Below are positions 9,072 to 17,668 of a stretch of DNA of 41,546 nucleotides, piece by piece. Source of the DNA: a virus (lineage: Duplodnaviria; Caudoviricetes); IMG/VR virus record IMGVR_UViG_3300043683_000015, positions 1 to 41,546 of that record. One strand, written 5' to 3'. The first letter of the stretch is position 1. Each line of letters begins with the position of its first letter. The notes beneath the pieces were generated by a model. That model saw only the letters and a program-made list of their open reading frames with translations, was not told where the DNA came from and searched no databases. The translations under genes and the position numbers were made by a program.

Positions 9072-11045
9072 ATGGCAGGGGAACTCTCCGACGCTGAGGT
9101 ATTCGGCGCTTCCCGCGAGTTGTCCGATGAGCAGGTATTCGGTGGCCGCGCATTGGCCAATGAAGCCGCGCGGGCTACCCCACCGGGCACGCCGCTCTCC
9201 ACCATTCTTGCCTCACCTGATGCGACCTCGGCCGATGTTCCCTATACCGACCCGGCGGGCCAGGGCGCGCTCGGACGCATCGGCGAGGCGGCGCTGAAGG
9301 GGGCGAGGGAAGGTCCGCTGGTCACGCCCTACGGGTTGCAAACTCTTGAGGCTGGCGGCCCGGCGGGCCGTTATATCTACAGCCCCCTGTTACAGGCCGC
9401 GAACCCGTGGGTAGGCGCGCTGGCGGGCGGCTTGGGGCAGGCTGCTTATGAGGCCGGCAACGTGGTCGGCGGCCCTCGCCTGGGGCGCGACCTCTATGCG
9501 ATCAATCAATTAATGCCAGCGGTCAGTGGGATGCCTGGGATTATCACGCCAAGCGGCGGGCCGGTCAGCGCCGGTACTATCATCCGCAACACCTTGGCGC
9601 CGTGGGAAGATACAAGGATGCCTCTCACGTTGGAACGAAGCGGGCCACGGATAACGCGGTCCGACAATGTCGATTCATTCCTGTCCAGGCAAACCCCCGA
9701 GGTCGTCGCCGAGATGGCAAAGACGAACCCCGACGCTGCGGCGTGGCTGGCAGAGCGGCAGGGAGCGGCGGAACGGCAGGCGCTGGCCGAGGGCGCGGGG
9801 ACGACGGCAGAAGGGCCAGCGGCGGGCACGGCCGGTCCGCAATCGGTCGGCGCTGCGGCGTCCCGTGAAGGCACCCCGGCGTTTGAGCTGGAACTGACTC
9901 CGAAGGAGATCGAAGCCTATCGCGCCACCGCCGAGGGATCGAAGCTGATCGAGCCGCAGCAGCCCAGCTTTGCCGACCACAAGGAATACATCCCAGGCGT
10001 TACAATATCCGAGCCGGAGGCGATGCAGACCGCCGAGGCTGCCCGCACGTTCAAGGATTTGAAGGCAAAGGATCCTGAACTGGCGGACAAGGAACAGGTG
10101 GCGGCGGATGCCAATAATACCAAATACACCAACCATTTCGACAACCTGGCCGGTTCACCGCGGACGCTGCAACTGGCCGAGCAGGCGCGCGACGAACCCG
10201 CCGCTGCGGCCAGAGAGCAACTCTGGGCCAATCAGAAGCCGACCGACCCGACGCCCGTCGTGGATGCGGCAAACCAGATCCTGGCCGGGGGCGAAGGGCG
10301 GCGCTCCGGGATACGCAACGCGGTGAATGCCGCGACGAAAGAGCTTTACGACGCAGACGGCAACTTGGTCACCGAACCCCGGATACTCTATGGCGTCCGC
10401 CAGCACATCACCGACATGCTCGAAGCCAAGGACATCACCGGGCAGAAGGTCAACGCCGTGGCCATCGGCCAGCTCACCCGGCTAAAACAGGTCTTAGATG
10501 GTGTCATCGAGAATGGCGCGCCCGGCTTCGGGGACTATCTCCGCAACTTCGCCGAGGCATCGCGGAAGATCGACGAGATGCGGGCGCTGCAAGGCTATCG
10601 CACCAGCCTATTCGACAGCCACGGCATTATGCAGCCGGCGCGGGTGCAAAAGATGATGAAAGACATCGTCGATGCACGGGCCGCCCGCAGCCTTGAGCCG
10701 GAACAATCGTTCACACCCGAGACGATGCAGGATCTATGGAACCTGCGCGACAGCCTGCGCCGCAAGGCTGCCGCCGAGCGGCTCGCCAAGGCGCCCGGCT
10801 CCGACACGGCGCAGAACTTCTTCGATGCTATGCGTGAGCATGCAGAAGGCAAGGCCGGCGCGGTGGCGGCCGGAACGATCGGGACGATATTGGGGGCTGG
10901 CCATCCAGTCGCCGGATTGGCTGGCATCGGGGTTCAGCAGTGGCTCTCGCATGCCGCCCAGGCACGCCGCTACAAGCAGGGGATGGAGATGCTCTACCCG
11001 AACCGGCTGATGACGCCACCGGCATCACCGCCGCCCGCGCCTTAA
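9072..11045 (+). CDS. Ejection/DNA transfer protein
   Basis: 657 aa, helical, duplicated ELSD..VFG N-terminus, GSDTAQN motif, last gene of the late operon. Confidence 0.65.
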   Translation: MAGELSDAEVFGASRELSDEQVFGGRALANEAARATPPGTPLSTILASPDATSADVPYTDPAGQGALGRIGEAALKGAREGPLVTPYGLQTLEAGGPAGRYIYSPLLQAANPWVGALAGGLGQAAYEAGNVVGGPRLGRDLYAINQLMPAVSGMPGIITPSGGPVSAGTIIRNTLAPWEDTRMPLTLERSGPRITRSDNVDSFLSRQTPEVVAEMAKTNPDAAAWLAERQGAAERQALAEGAGTTAEGPAAGTAGPQSVGAAASREGTPAFELELTPKEIEAYRATAEGSKLIEPQQPSFADHKEYIPGVTISEPEAMQTAEAARTFKDLKAKDPELADKEQVAADANNTKYTNHFDNLAGSPRTLQLAEQARDEPAAAAREQLWANQKPTDPTPVVDAANQILAGGEGRRSGIRNAVNAATKELYDADGNLVTEPRILYGVRQHITDMLEAKDITGQKVNAVAIGQLTRLKQVLDGVIENGAPGFGDYLRNFAEASRKIDEMRALQGYRTSLFDSHGIMQPARVQKMMKDIVDARAARSLEPEQSFTPETMQDLWNLRDSLRRKAAAERLAKAPGSDTAQNFFDAMREHAEGKAGAVAAGTIGTILGAGHPVAGLAGIGVQQWLSHAAQARRYKQGMEMLYPNRLMTPPASPPPAP

Positions 11046-11374
11046 CCGCGCCCGTAGACATCCCTGGCATACTTCCGCAGCTCGGCCGGATCGGCCTGGG
11101 GATAGAGCATCGCCAAGCCACGCAGAAAGATGCTGTTTTTGCGCCATATCGGAATGCTGGCGAGCGGCCACGCCAAGGGGGCGCCCAGAATGGCACCGAT
11201 GACGAATGACGCTGTCTCTGCCTGTTTGACGGCGATGGAGGCAAACAGAGCGCCACCGCAGAATCCAGTCAGAACCACCAACATCAGGAACACCAGCACG
11301 CGGGCGAACCAGTGGCCAACCAGCCAGAAATAGAGCAGCGCGACGGCGGCGGCCAGGCCGATCAGGATGTGCAT
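11042..11374 (-). CDS. Small multi-pass membrane protein (possible superinfection exclusion)
   Basis: Three hydrophobic segments; convergent with ejection genes, adjacent to attP. Confidence 0.6.
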   Translation of the reverse strand: MHILIGLAAAVALLYFWLVGHWFARVLVFLMLVVLTGFCGGALFASIAVKQAETASFVIGAILGAPLAWPLASIPIWRKNSIFLRGLAMLYPQADPAELRKYARDVYGRG

Positions 11375-11619
11375 CAGGTCGTCTTCTCCAGCTTATCGAG
11401 ACGAGCGGCGATGGCGCCGAGCTGATCGCTCAGTGCTGCCGTCACCTTCTCCGCTATGATGTCGCCGAGTTCGGCAAACTGTCCGTCAATGGCGGATAGT
11501 CCGGCCTGGAACTGATCGAGCGTCGGCAACTGCGCCTGTCCGGCTTGGAGGATGGCCAGTTGGCGTTGCAGTGATCGGACCTGTGAGCCGAGGAGCCGGA
11601 GGTCTATGGCGTCACTCAT
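11374..11619 (-). CDS. Hypothetical coiled-coil protein
   Basis: MSDAIDLRLL...; TGATG coupling to next gene; alternative start at 11643. Confidence 0.6.
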   Translation of the reverse strand: MSDAIDLRLLGSQVRSLQRQLAILQAGQAQLPTLDQFQAGLSAIDGQFAELGDIIAEKVTAALSDQLGAIAARLDKLEKTT

Positions 11620-11747
11620 TCCGCTGCGACCTCGCCGGGACATCTTGTCCTCGGTACGCCGCCGCCCTTGCGGTCGGCTGGGGGGGTGCTAGGGACAGGG
11701 GTGTTCCGTGAACAAATTGCCCAACTGGTGCCCAATCGATGGCGGAT

Positions 11748-11762
11748 GTTCGCCGCATGTTC
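11748..11762. promoter_or_regulatory. Putative alphaproteobacterial LexA box GTTC-N7-GTTC
   Basis: GTTCGCCGCATGTTC in intergenic DNA upstream of the minus-strand genes ending at 11619 and 11374. Confidence 0.45.
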
Positions 11763-11840
11763 TGTCCTGAATGGGCCGATGTAGGCCTGTAGATGAGTGC
11801 TCGATCCGGCGGAAATCTGGCGGATTTTCTAGGTCTCAAC

Positions 11841-11887
11841 TGGAGCGGGCGAAGGGATTCGAACCCTCGACCCCAACCTTGGCAAGG
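11841..11887 (-). other. attP core: 3' half of tRNA-Gly(GCC)
   Basis: Reverse complement CCTTGCCAAGGTTGGGGTCGAGGGTTCGAATCCCTTCGCCCGCTCCA: GCC anticodon loop, T arm, acceptor 3' strand, CCA; just downstream of int. Confidence 0.93.
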
Positions 11888-11980
11888 CGGGGTGCTGATC
11901 GTGAATTCCCAGAGCATGACTGCACCTTTCGAAGGTAGTGACCGGCATTGCCCAACTGGTGCCCAACTAACGACAAGTGT

Positions 11981-13075
11981 TCATCGCAGTCTCGCAATGG
12001 CGCCGGCCATGTGCTCCCCGGATACCGCGGCATAGCGCTGCACCATGCGCGGAGTGGTCCAGCCGCCCAACCGCATCAGGGTGAACAGGTCGGCACCCAT
12101 CATGACCATCCAGCTCCCCCAGTGGTGCCGCCAGTCGTGGATCCGGAAGGTGTGACGCATCACCGGCTTGCCCTTGGCGTTCTTCTTTCCTGTGGGACGG
12201 CAGAGCCCGGCCTTGATGCAGGCCGTCATGTGAGCCTTCGTCAGTGGGTTGCCACCGACATCGCGGGTATCGGCATAGGGTTTGCCGCGGCTGGACAGGA
12301 ACACGGGCCCGGTGTCGGGCTTCCCGTGCTGCTCCCATAGATCCTCCAGGCAATGCTGGAGCCGGGGGTGCATCGGGACGGCTCGGCCGTGGCCACTTTT
12401 GCTTCGGCGTCGCGCGCGGCCACCCTCGGTCACCGCTCCGGGGACGAATAGCTCGCGTCGGGACCACCGGACATGGCGCCAATCCAACCGGAGAGCTTCC
12501 TGGGTACGCAGCCCGGCAAAGCACAGGACCATCGCCACGGGGGCGGCGCTCGGGTTGTAGGCCGCCAGCAGGCGGTCCTGCTCGGCTACCGTCAGGTACG
12601 TCGCCACCTCGTGCGTTGGCTCCTGAACGGAGGGCAGGCGAGGGGCGGCTTTCCCGGCGCCGGCGTTCAGGGCGGCTTGCAGCGTGGCGCGCCATCTTGC
12701 GGCTGTTCCGGGCGACCAATTCTTTCCCCGGGTGCGAAGGATTTCCGCCCAGGCCGCTGGTGCCTCGGGCACGGCATAGGTGCCGATGCGTTCCGCCAGA
12801 TCGGCGACCTTGGCCTTGTCGTTGTGCGGAATGCCACCGGGACGTTGCAGATAGGTGGCGATGCATTCAGTTATCGTGAGGCGTCGCGCCCGCCCGTCAG
12901 GACCGTCAAGGGCGTCGGCTCGGATGCGCGCTTCCTCTGCCGCGGCGGCGGCTTGCGCGTCAGCTCGCGAACGAGCGCCAGTGCTGAACTCGGCGATGGT
13001 GATGATCTGACGGCCGACACGGATCGTGCCCCTGATGTGCCATATCTCGCCTCGGCGACGTAAGTGGAGGGGCAT
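11981..13075 (-). CDS. int: Tyrosine recombinase / integrase
   Basis: GLRTQEAL (R), SKSG (K), HDWRH (HxxR), LGGW, QRY (Y); next to attP. Confidence 0.95.
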   Translation of the reverse strand: MPLHLRRRGEIWHIRGTIRVGRQIITIAEFSTGARSRADAQAAAAAEEARIRADALDGPDGRARRLTITECIATYLQRPGGIPHNDKAKVADLAERIGTYAVPEAPAAWAEILRTRGKNWSPGTAARWRATLQAALNAGAGKAAPRLPSVQEPTHEVATYLTVAEQDRLLAAYNPSAAPVAMVLCFAGLRTQEALRLDWRHVRWSRRELFVPGAVTEGGRARRRSKSGHGRAVPMHPRLQHCLEDLWEQHGKPDTGPVFLSSRGKPYADTRDVGGNPLTKAHMTACIKAGLCRPTGKKNAKGKPVMRHTFRIHDWRHHWGSWMVMMGADLFTLMRLGGWTTPRMVQRYAAVSGEHMAGAIARLR

Positions 13076-13260
13076 CGCAACGCCTCGGTTATGGTGTCGA
13101 TATCGCGTCTGGTGAACAGCATGGCACGGCCGCGCTTGATTGGCGCGAACCCCGGGGTCGTGGCTGCGACCTGGCTGATGATGCGGCGCACCGTGCGTTC
13201 CGAACAGCGGAGCAGGGTGGCCAACTCCGCGCGCGTGGACAACGGCCTGTCGTCGGTCAC
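12871..13260 (-). CDS. xis: Excisionase-like HTH protein overlapping int 5' end
   Basis: TRAELATLLRCSERTVRR HTH, GRAMLFTRRDI wing; immediately upstream of int. Confidence 0.7.
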   Translation of the reverse strand: MTDDRPLSTRAELATLLRCSERTVRRIISQVAATTPGFAPIKRGRAMLFTRRDIDTITEALRCPSTYVAEARYGTSGARSVSAVRSSPSPSSALALVRELTRKPPPRQRKRASEPTPLTVLTGGRDASR

Positions 13261-13532
13261 GGGATCACCTTGGCGGGCATCCCATCCTGGACGCCCTCCA
13301 GGAAGGTTGTCGTCCAGGCCTTGGCAAGTTGCAGGCGCCCGGCTGGCGGGAAGCGCGCGATAGTATCGACGGCCAGGTTTCCGAGCAGGGCATACGCTTC
13401 AAGCGGCTGGAGGGTGGCAAGACGCTCGAAGATTGGCGGGTAGTGCTTTTGGATTTGTGCCCAAATGCGGCGCTCGGCTTCCGCCTCCATCTCGGCTCGG
13501 CTGGCCATTGGCGATTCTTTGCGGGAAGTCAC
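13257..13532 (-). CDS. Hypothetical protein
   Basis: Coupled by GTGA overlaps in the early-left operon. Confidence 0.55.
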   Translation of the reverse strand: MTSRKESPMASRAEMEAEAERRIWAQIQKHYPPIFERLATLQPLEAYALLGNLAVDTIARFPPAGRLQLAKAWTTTFLEGVQDGMPAKVIP

Positions 13533-13708
13533 GGCTCCGGTTCCTTCAATACATCAAGCCGGGCATTGAGCTTTTCATATTCCTGACGGCTCTCGCGCGA
13601 TGAGCGCCGCATATCGAGCATGGCGTAGAGGAATATCCCGCACGCTGCATAAGGGCTGATCAGGGTGAGCCAGTAGAGCAGCGTCCCAGGTGTGCAGGCA
13701 TCGCTCAT
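13529..13708 (-). CDS. Small single-TM protein
   Basis: MSDACTPG...LLYWLTLISPYAACGIFLYAML; GGAG RBS, ATGA overlap. Confidence 0.55.
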   Translation of the reverse strand: MSDACTPGTLLYWLTLISPYAACGIFLYAMLDMRRSSRESRQEYEKLNARLDVLKEPEP

Positions 13709-13947
13709 GGCTGCGGCTCCGTCTCGACGCCCGCACCATTGACCTTTGCCGCGAGTGCATTGGCCCACGCTTCGGCGTTGTCCGGGTCCGTAAACTCCCA
13801 AGTCACCCTGGGGCGGCCCGAGATGTAAATCGTGATGCGATACATTTCGTCCGGGTCGATGGGTTTGGGCGTCTTGGTTTTGGTGATCGCCGTGACTTTT
13901 TCCGGCCTGACCCAATGGCCGGGACATAGCTCCAAAAGCGCGCTCAT
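13705..13947 (-). CDS. Hypothetical protein
   Basis: ATGA overlaps at both ends, GGAG RBS. Confidence 0.6.
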   Translation of the reverse strand: MSALLELCPGHWVRPEKVTAITKTKTPKPIDPDEMYRITIYISGRPRVTWEFTDPDNAEAWANALAAKVNGAGVETEPQP

Positions 13948-14174
13948 GGCTTCGGCTCCAACGCGACGCGGGCGATTTCCGACTGTTTGCTCGACAACGA
14001 GAAGTCACCGCTTAGGTCGGTTTTTATCCGCGCAATCCGTTCCAACGCATCCCGCAGGTGGGCGATTTCGGCCGCGTCGCGTTCCATTTCTGCTTCGGCG
14101 CGCTTGAACTCCCTTTCGGCGCGGTCCAGAGTCTCGGCCAGTTGTTCCAGCTTCGCGCTCATGGCGTCGCTCAT
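13944..14174 (-). CDS. Hypothetical coiled-coil protein
   Basis: EIAHLRDALERIA...IARVAL motif common in phage early genes; ATGA overlap. Confidence 0.6.
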   Translation of the reverse strand: MSDAMSAKLEQLAETLDRAEREFKRAEAEMERDAAEIAHLRDALERIARIKTDLSGDFSLSSKQSEIARVALEPKP

Positions 14175-14275
14175 CCGTCCCAGTCCCCCCTCCATGTCCG
14201 CCAGATCGCCGTGACGCCGACCAATATCACGGCGGCGCCCAGCAGCCCGAACACCAGCCAGACTGCGTCGCTCAT
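14171..14275 (-). CDS. 34-aa single-TM peptide
   Basis: MSDAVWLVFGLLGAAVILVGVTAIWRTW; ATGA overlaps at both ends. Confidence 0.5.
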   Translation of the reverse strand: MSDAVWLVFGLLGAAVILVGVTAIWRTWRGDWDG

Positions 14276-14505
14276 GCCGGCCGGTGCGGGAACTGGAACA
14301 CCTGGGCTTCGCGGTGGGGTCGGCCGGGCCCGCTGACGCCGTCGTAGCGAATGCGCTCGGCCTGCTGCGCGTCGGCGGCGATATCGTCCAGCAGCAGCTC
14401 CAGGCGCCCGACGCGGGATGCGATATGCAACAGCTTGGTGCAGAGGTCGGGGCGGCCGATCTCCAACTGGTTGGCGACTTGCCTGATCTCTTGGGCGACA
14501 TTCAT
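14272..14505 (-). CDS. Hypothetical protein
   Basis: MNVAQEIRQV...; ATGA overlap with the recombinase stop. Confidence 0.55.
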   Translation of the reverse strand: MNVAQEIRQVANQLEIGRPDLCTKLLHIASRVGRLELLLDDIAADAQQAERIRYDGVSGPGRPHREAQVFQFPHRPA

Positions 14506-15320
14506 GCGGGCAATTCCATCTCGGCGGCGACACCAAGCACCTCGACGAGCATCTCGCGGACCTCGGCGGCAGCTTGTGGGTCGAACTCGGCGACGGCTTC
14601 GATCGCGCCGGCGTTCATTTCCATGGCGGCTTGCAACTTGTCGAGCGCGTCGGTGGCTTTGCAGGCTTCCACCAGGCGGCGCCAGCGTTCCATCCATTCG
14701 GAGCCGGTGCGGTAGATCTGACCGCCTTTGCTGGTCGCGAAACGATATTCTGGGTTGGTGTCGGCAGCGTCTCTTGCGCTCGTCTCAGGTTGGGGCTCGG
14801 CTGTGGCAGCATGTCCAACGTCGATCACCGTATCCTCCAGCAGCACGGCGCCGCGCATGTCGTGGACCTCGGTTTCATCGAGCATGCCGAGGCCGCAGAT
14901 TGAGAGCGTGGCGCGGCGTTTGGCTTTTGTGCATGCCTTCATCATGGCGTTGGCGCGCATCTCGCCCTTGAGGTTGCCGATGACGACGGCGCCGACGTCA
15001 CTGTCTTTGCGCCCGGTCTTATCGGTGGCGGCGACTTCGACGACGTAGAGATCACCGTCGATCGCCTTTGACACGATCTCGATATTGATGCCGTCGATCT
15101 TGCGGAGCTGGTCGGCGCAGTCCCGAGTGGCGTAGAGCACCACCTGGCCCTGGAAGGACATAAAGCGGAACGGGCGGGTCAATGGGTTCAATCCTCTGCT
15201 GCGGCAGACGGCCACCATGTATTCGACGCGCTGCTTGGACGAGAGCGCGGCGAGGTTGCCAGTGCCGATGACTTGCTCAAGGGTTCCGTCGCTGACGGGG
15301 GTTAAGGCGTTCATGGTCAA
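14502..15320 (-). CDS. Single-strand annealing recombinase (Red-beta/RecT-like)
   Basis: GLNPLTRPF, LYATRD, NAMMKACTKAKRRATLSICGLG; beside a Gp157-like gene. Confidence 0.7.
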   Translation of the reverse strand: MTMNALTPVSDGTLEQVIGTGNLAALSSKQRVEYMVAVCRSRGLNPLTRPFRFMSFQGQVVLYATRDCADQLRKIDGINIEIVSKAIDGDLYVVEVAATDKTGRKDSDVGAVVIGNLKGEMRANAMMKACTKAKRRATLSICGLGMLDETEVHDMRGAVLLEDTVIDVGHAATAEPQPETSARDAADTNPEYRFATSKGGQIYRTGSEWMERWRRLVEACKATDALDKLQAAMEMNAGAIEAVAEFDPQAAAEVREMLVEVLGVAAEMELPA

Positions 15321-15817
15321 AGCCTCCGGACTGTGAGCGTTGGCGGCGAGTTATTCAGCACGGCCCCCGGCACCTCGGCGCCGGCCTTCAGGGCATCGCC
15401 GATGGCGGTGAGGTTGGGCGACCGTGTGATGCGGAACATATCGTCGGGCAGGGCGTCCGGATCGGTCACCAGGACCGCGGTGCGGCCGGCTGATAGCGTG
15501 GCAGTAAAGTCCTCGGCCATGATCCGTTTCAGCCCCAGCGTTTCCAGCGCATCGCGGACGGTGATGCGGCAGGCATCGGCACGGGCTTCGAACCTCTGCT
15601 TGCGCTTGGACAGCACCTTCATGTGGTTGCCGAGGGCGTCGGCGAAGACATCGGCCTCGATGGCGTAACGGAGTATGGTGCGGAGCTGGTCAATAATATC
15701 CGTCTGTCCATCCACAGCATCGAACAGGAGTAGCTCGTCCGTCGCCATGTCCGGCTCGATGGCGATCAGCTGCTCGCGGAGCTGGGCGAGCCACTCGGGC
15801 TGGAGGGTCTGGCTCAT
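15317..15817 (-). CDS. Siphovirus Gp157-family protein
   Basis: RKQRFEARAD...L, D...LP...PNLTAI..ALKAGAEVPGAVL...L.VR C-terminus. Confidence 0.8.
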   Translation of the reverse strand: MSQTLQPEWLAQLREQLIAIEPDMATDELLLFDAVDGQTDIIDQLRTILRYAIEADVFADALGNHMKVLSKRKQRFEARADACRITVRDALETLGLKRIMAEDFTATLSAGRTAVLVTDPDALPDDMFRITRSPNLTAIGDALKAGAEVPGAVLNNSPPTLTVRRL

Positions 15818-16068
15818 CCGGCCAGTTCCATATCGGTCTGTGGCGCCTCTGGCGGGTCGATGGCCTGGCCTATCCCGTCGACGCTTATGGCGCGGGGCTT
15901 CCGGGATGGGCGCGGCGGGGTGGTCAGCGCGGCGATGAACTCGCGCACCTGATCAAGCCTGCCGGTGCGGGCGGCGATTTCGATCTCCAGCAGCCGCTCC
16001 AGGCCGCGATAGTGCTCAAGCGCGCGGGTGGCGTTGGCGGCTAGCTCGCCGCCGTTGAGGGCGGTCAT
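15814..16068 (-). CDS. Hypothetical protein
   Basis: GGAGG RBS, ATGA overlap. Confidence 0.6.
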   Translation of the reverse strand: MTALNGGELAANATRALEHYRGLERLLEIEIAARTGRLDQVREFIAALTTPPRPSRKPRAISVDGIGQAIDPPEAPQTDMELAG

Positions 16069-16271
16069 GTGGCACCTCCTGAAATGACGCGGAATACCGG
16101 GGGCACGGTTTGCAGCTCCATGGCCTCGACCGTGGGCAGCACCTCGCGGATGGCGCGGGCGATCTGCTCCAGTTCGGTGGGATCGAAAACATCGTCGTCG
16201 GCGCTGCGGCTCTGGATGTTCTCGGCGAGGAATTTCAGCTTGCGCGCGATCACCGGCTTAACTCCGGGCAT
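16065..16271 (-). CDS. Hypothetical protein
   Basis: ORF in the coupled early-left operon. Confidence 0.5.
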   Translation of the reverse strand: MPGVKPVIARKLKFLAENIQSRSADDDVFDPTELEQIARAIREVLPTVEAMELQTVPPVFRVISGGAT

Positions 16272-16582
16272 CGGACGCCGACCATGCCGCGCGCATCTTC
16301 GGGCGGATCGCCCGCGCAGACGAAGGAGTGGGGGAAGGTGGTGCGAACGGTGATCCAGCCGGTGCCGTTGCAGACATCGCAGGAGGCGAGGCGGGCGGCC
16401 TCGGCGGCTTCGTCTGCCGCGTCAAGCTGCTCCTCCAGATCCATGATGGCCTCGGCCTCGGTGGCGCCCTTGCCCAGCGGGCAGCCGGGGCCGTCGTAGG
16501 TGCTGTCGTCGTAGGCGCACCAGCGGCTGTCGTGGGGCGCGAATGCGGTGGTGTCTTCGTGGGTGACGATGTGCTGGGTCAT
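16250..16582 (-). CDS. Hypothetical protein with C-terminal CxxCxGxG zinc-finger-like motif
   Basis: W.AYDDSTYDG...G.GATEAEAI.DL motif plus CDVCNGTGW...RCP. Confidence 0.6.
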   Translation of the reverse strand: MTQHIVTHEDTTAFAPHDSRWCAYDDSTYDGPGCPLGKGATEAEAIMDLEEQLDAADEAAEAARLASCDVCNGTGWITVRTTFPHSFVCAGDPPEDARGMVGVRCPELSR

Positions 16583-16585
16583 GGC

Positions 16586-16828
16586 TCAGGCCGCCGCGTA
16601 GGCGCGGAACCAGGGGCGCAGGGGGGCGTCTGCGTCGCGGTCGTCCTCGATCTGGGCGGCGATGATGCCGAGGTCCGCGTTGCCTTCCTCGATGGCGCTG
16701 GTGAGGCTGGTGAGCAGTTCTTCGATGCGTACGTCTTCGACGGCGCCGTAGGCGATATCGAGGGCTTTGAGGGCAGCCTTGAGGGCGGTTTGGGCGGTCT
16801 CGATGGCGAAAGCGTCGGAGGCGTTCAT
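16586..16828 (-). CDS. Hypothetical protein, first gene of the leftward early operon
   Basis: GGAG RBS; directly downstream of oL/pL. Confidence 0.55.
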   Translation of the reverse strand: MNASDAFAIETAQTALKAALKALDIAYGAVEDVRIEELLTSLTSAIEEGNADLGIIAAQIEDDRDADAPLRPWFRAYAAA

Positions 16829-16883
16829 CGGGGTGGTCTCCATCTGTGCCGGGGCGAGATGCCGCGGTCGATGGAGAGGACTA

Positions 16884-16931
16884 TTGCCCAATAGGCAAAT
16901 ACCTACAAGGAAAAACTTGCCCTACAGGCAA
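16884..16931 (-). promoter_or_regulatory. oL: two TTGCC-N5-GGCAA operators (16884-16898, 16917-16931) overlapping putative pL
   Basis: TATTGCCCAATAGGCAAATA (16882-16901) identical to 20536-20555; minus-strand TTGTAG-17-AATAGT brackets it. Confidence 0.85.
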
Positions 16932-17015
16932 AAAAGAATTCCCCCTCCCGCCGAAAGCCGGGGAGCGGAGCCGAGCGCCTCCCGCAGCGGCACCACGCGT
17001 GCTACGCCTGAGCGC

Positions 17016-17213
17016 ATGCACACCGTCCACAACGCGCGCATCCAGTTGCTCGCCACGGCGCTGAATAACCTCGGCGTCGGTGCTATACTCGCCGGGATAG
17101 TCGCCCCCATCGTCAATGGCGTGGCTGGTGGGGCGCTGCATTTCGGTGCATGGTGCGCAGGTGGCGTCATGTTCCTTGTGACGGCGCAGTTTGTCCTCGG
17201 GAGGCTTCGGTGA
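17016..17213 (+). CDS. Small two-TM membrane protein
   Basis: LLATALNNLGVGAILAGIVAP and second hydrophobic helix ending VLGRLR. Confidence 0.6.
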   Translation: MHTVHNARIQLLATALNNLGVGAILAGIVAPIVNGVAGGALHFGAWCAGGVMFLVTAQFVLGRLR

Positions 17214-17338
17214 GCCTGGAAACCTATTGGTTGGTGGCACCCTTCGGACTTGCGATCTTCGGCACGCTAGTGGCCATCGTCGGCGTGAGGCTGATCGAGT
17301 TGGCCGGACGCCGGCACGGGCACGGCCCGGCCGAGTGA
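17210..17338 (+). CDS. Small single-TM peptide
   Basis: GGAGG RBS, GTGA overlap, YWLVAPFGLAIFGTLVAIVGV. Confidence 0.5.
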   Translation: MSLETYWLVAPFGLAIFGTLVAIVGVRLIELAGRRHGHGPAE

Positions 17339-17556
17339 GCGGCTGCGGGCTCACGGCGCAGACAGAGCGCCTGATCTCGGAGGTGAAGTCTTACGGCGAC
17401 AAGATTGACGAACTTCGCCATCAAGCGACGTATATCAAAGACTTAATCGCAGCGAGCGCGGTCATGGTATCGCTGGTTATCGCTGTTGTGGGTTTCATCT
17501 TGTCCGCGAAGGGCGACGCGGTTTTGCAGGCCGTGAGGGCGGTTATCAAACCTTGA
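17335..17556 (+). CDS. Coiled-coil plus C-terminal TM protein
   Basis: GTGA overlap; AVMVSLVIAVVGFIL. Confidence 0.45.
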   Translation: MSGCGLTAQTERLISEVKSYGDKIDELRHQATYIKDLIAASAVMVSLVIAVVGFILSAKGDAVLQAVRAVIKP

Positions 17557-17668
17557 TGGCAGGTTGCCACGCGGTACAGGATCAGATTGGCTAAAATTCC
17601 GGGCATCAGGGAGCAAGCACGCCAATCGCCACTTGCGTTAGCGCTTATGCATCTTACATAATGCCGAG

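Larger units (their letters stand above)
11716..11966 (+). repeat. Integrase arm-type sites: 20-bp direct repeat ATTGCCCAACTGGTGCCCAA at 11716-11735 and 11947-11966
   Basis: Exact repeat on both sides of the att core, each with two TGCCCAA units. Confidence 0.8.

Noticed and set aside
7769-9205. Long antisense ORFs (also 24974-26119, 29577-30656, 32667-33791, 35487-36599)
   Set aside because: Expected stop-poor shadows of high-GC3 genes on the other strand
11841-11920. Complete tRNA-Gly gene
   Set aside because: D arm and 5' acceptor strand are absent; similarity stops at the anticodon stem, as expected for attP
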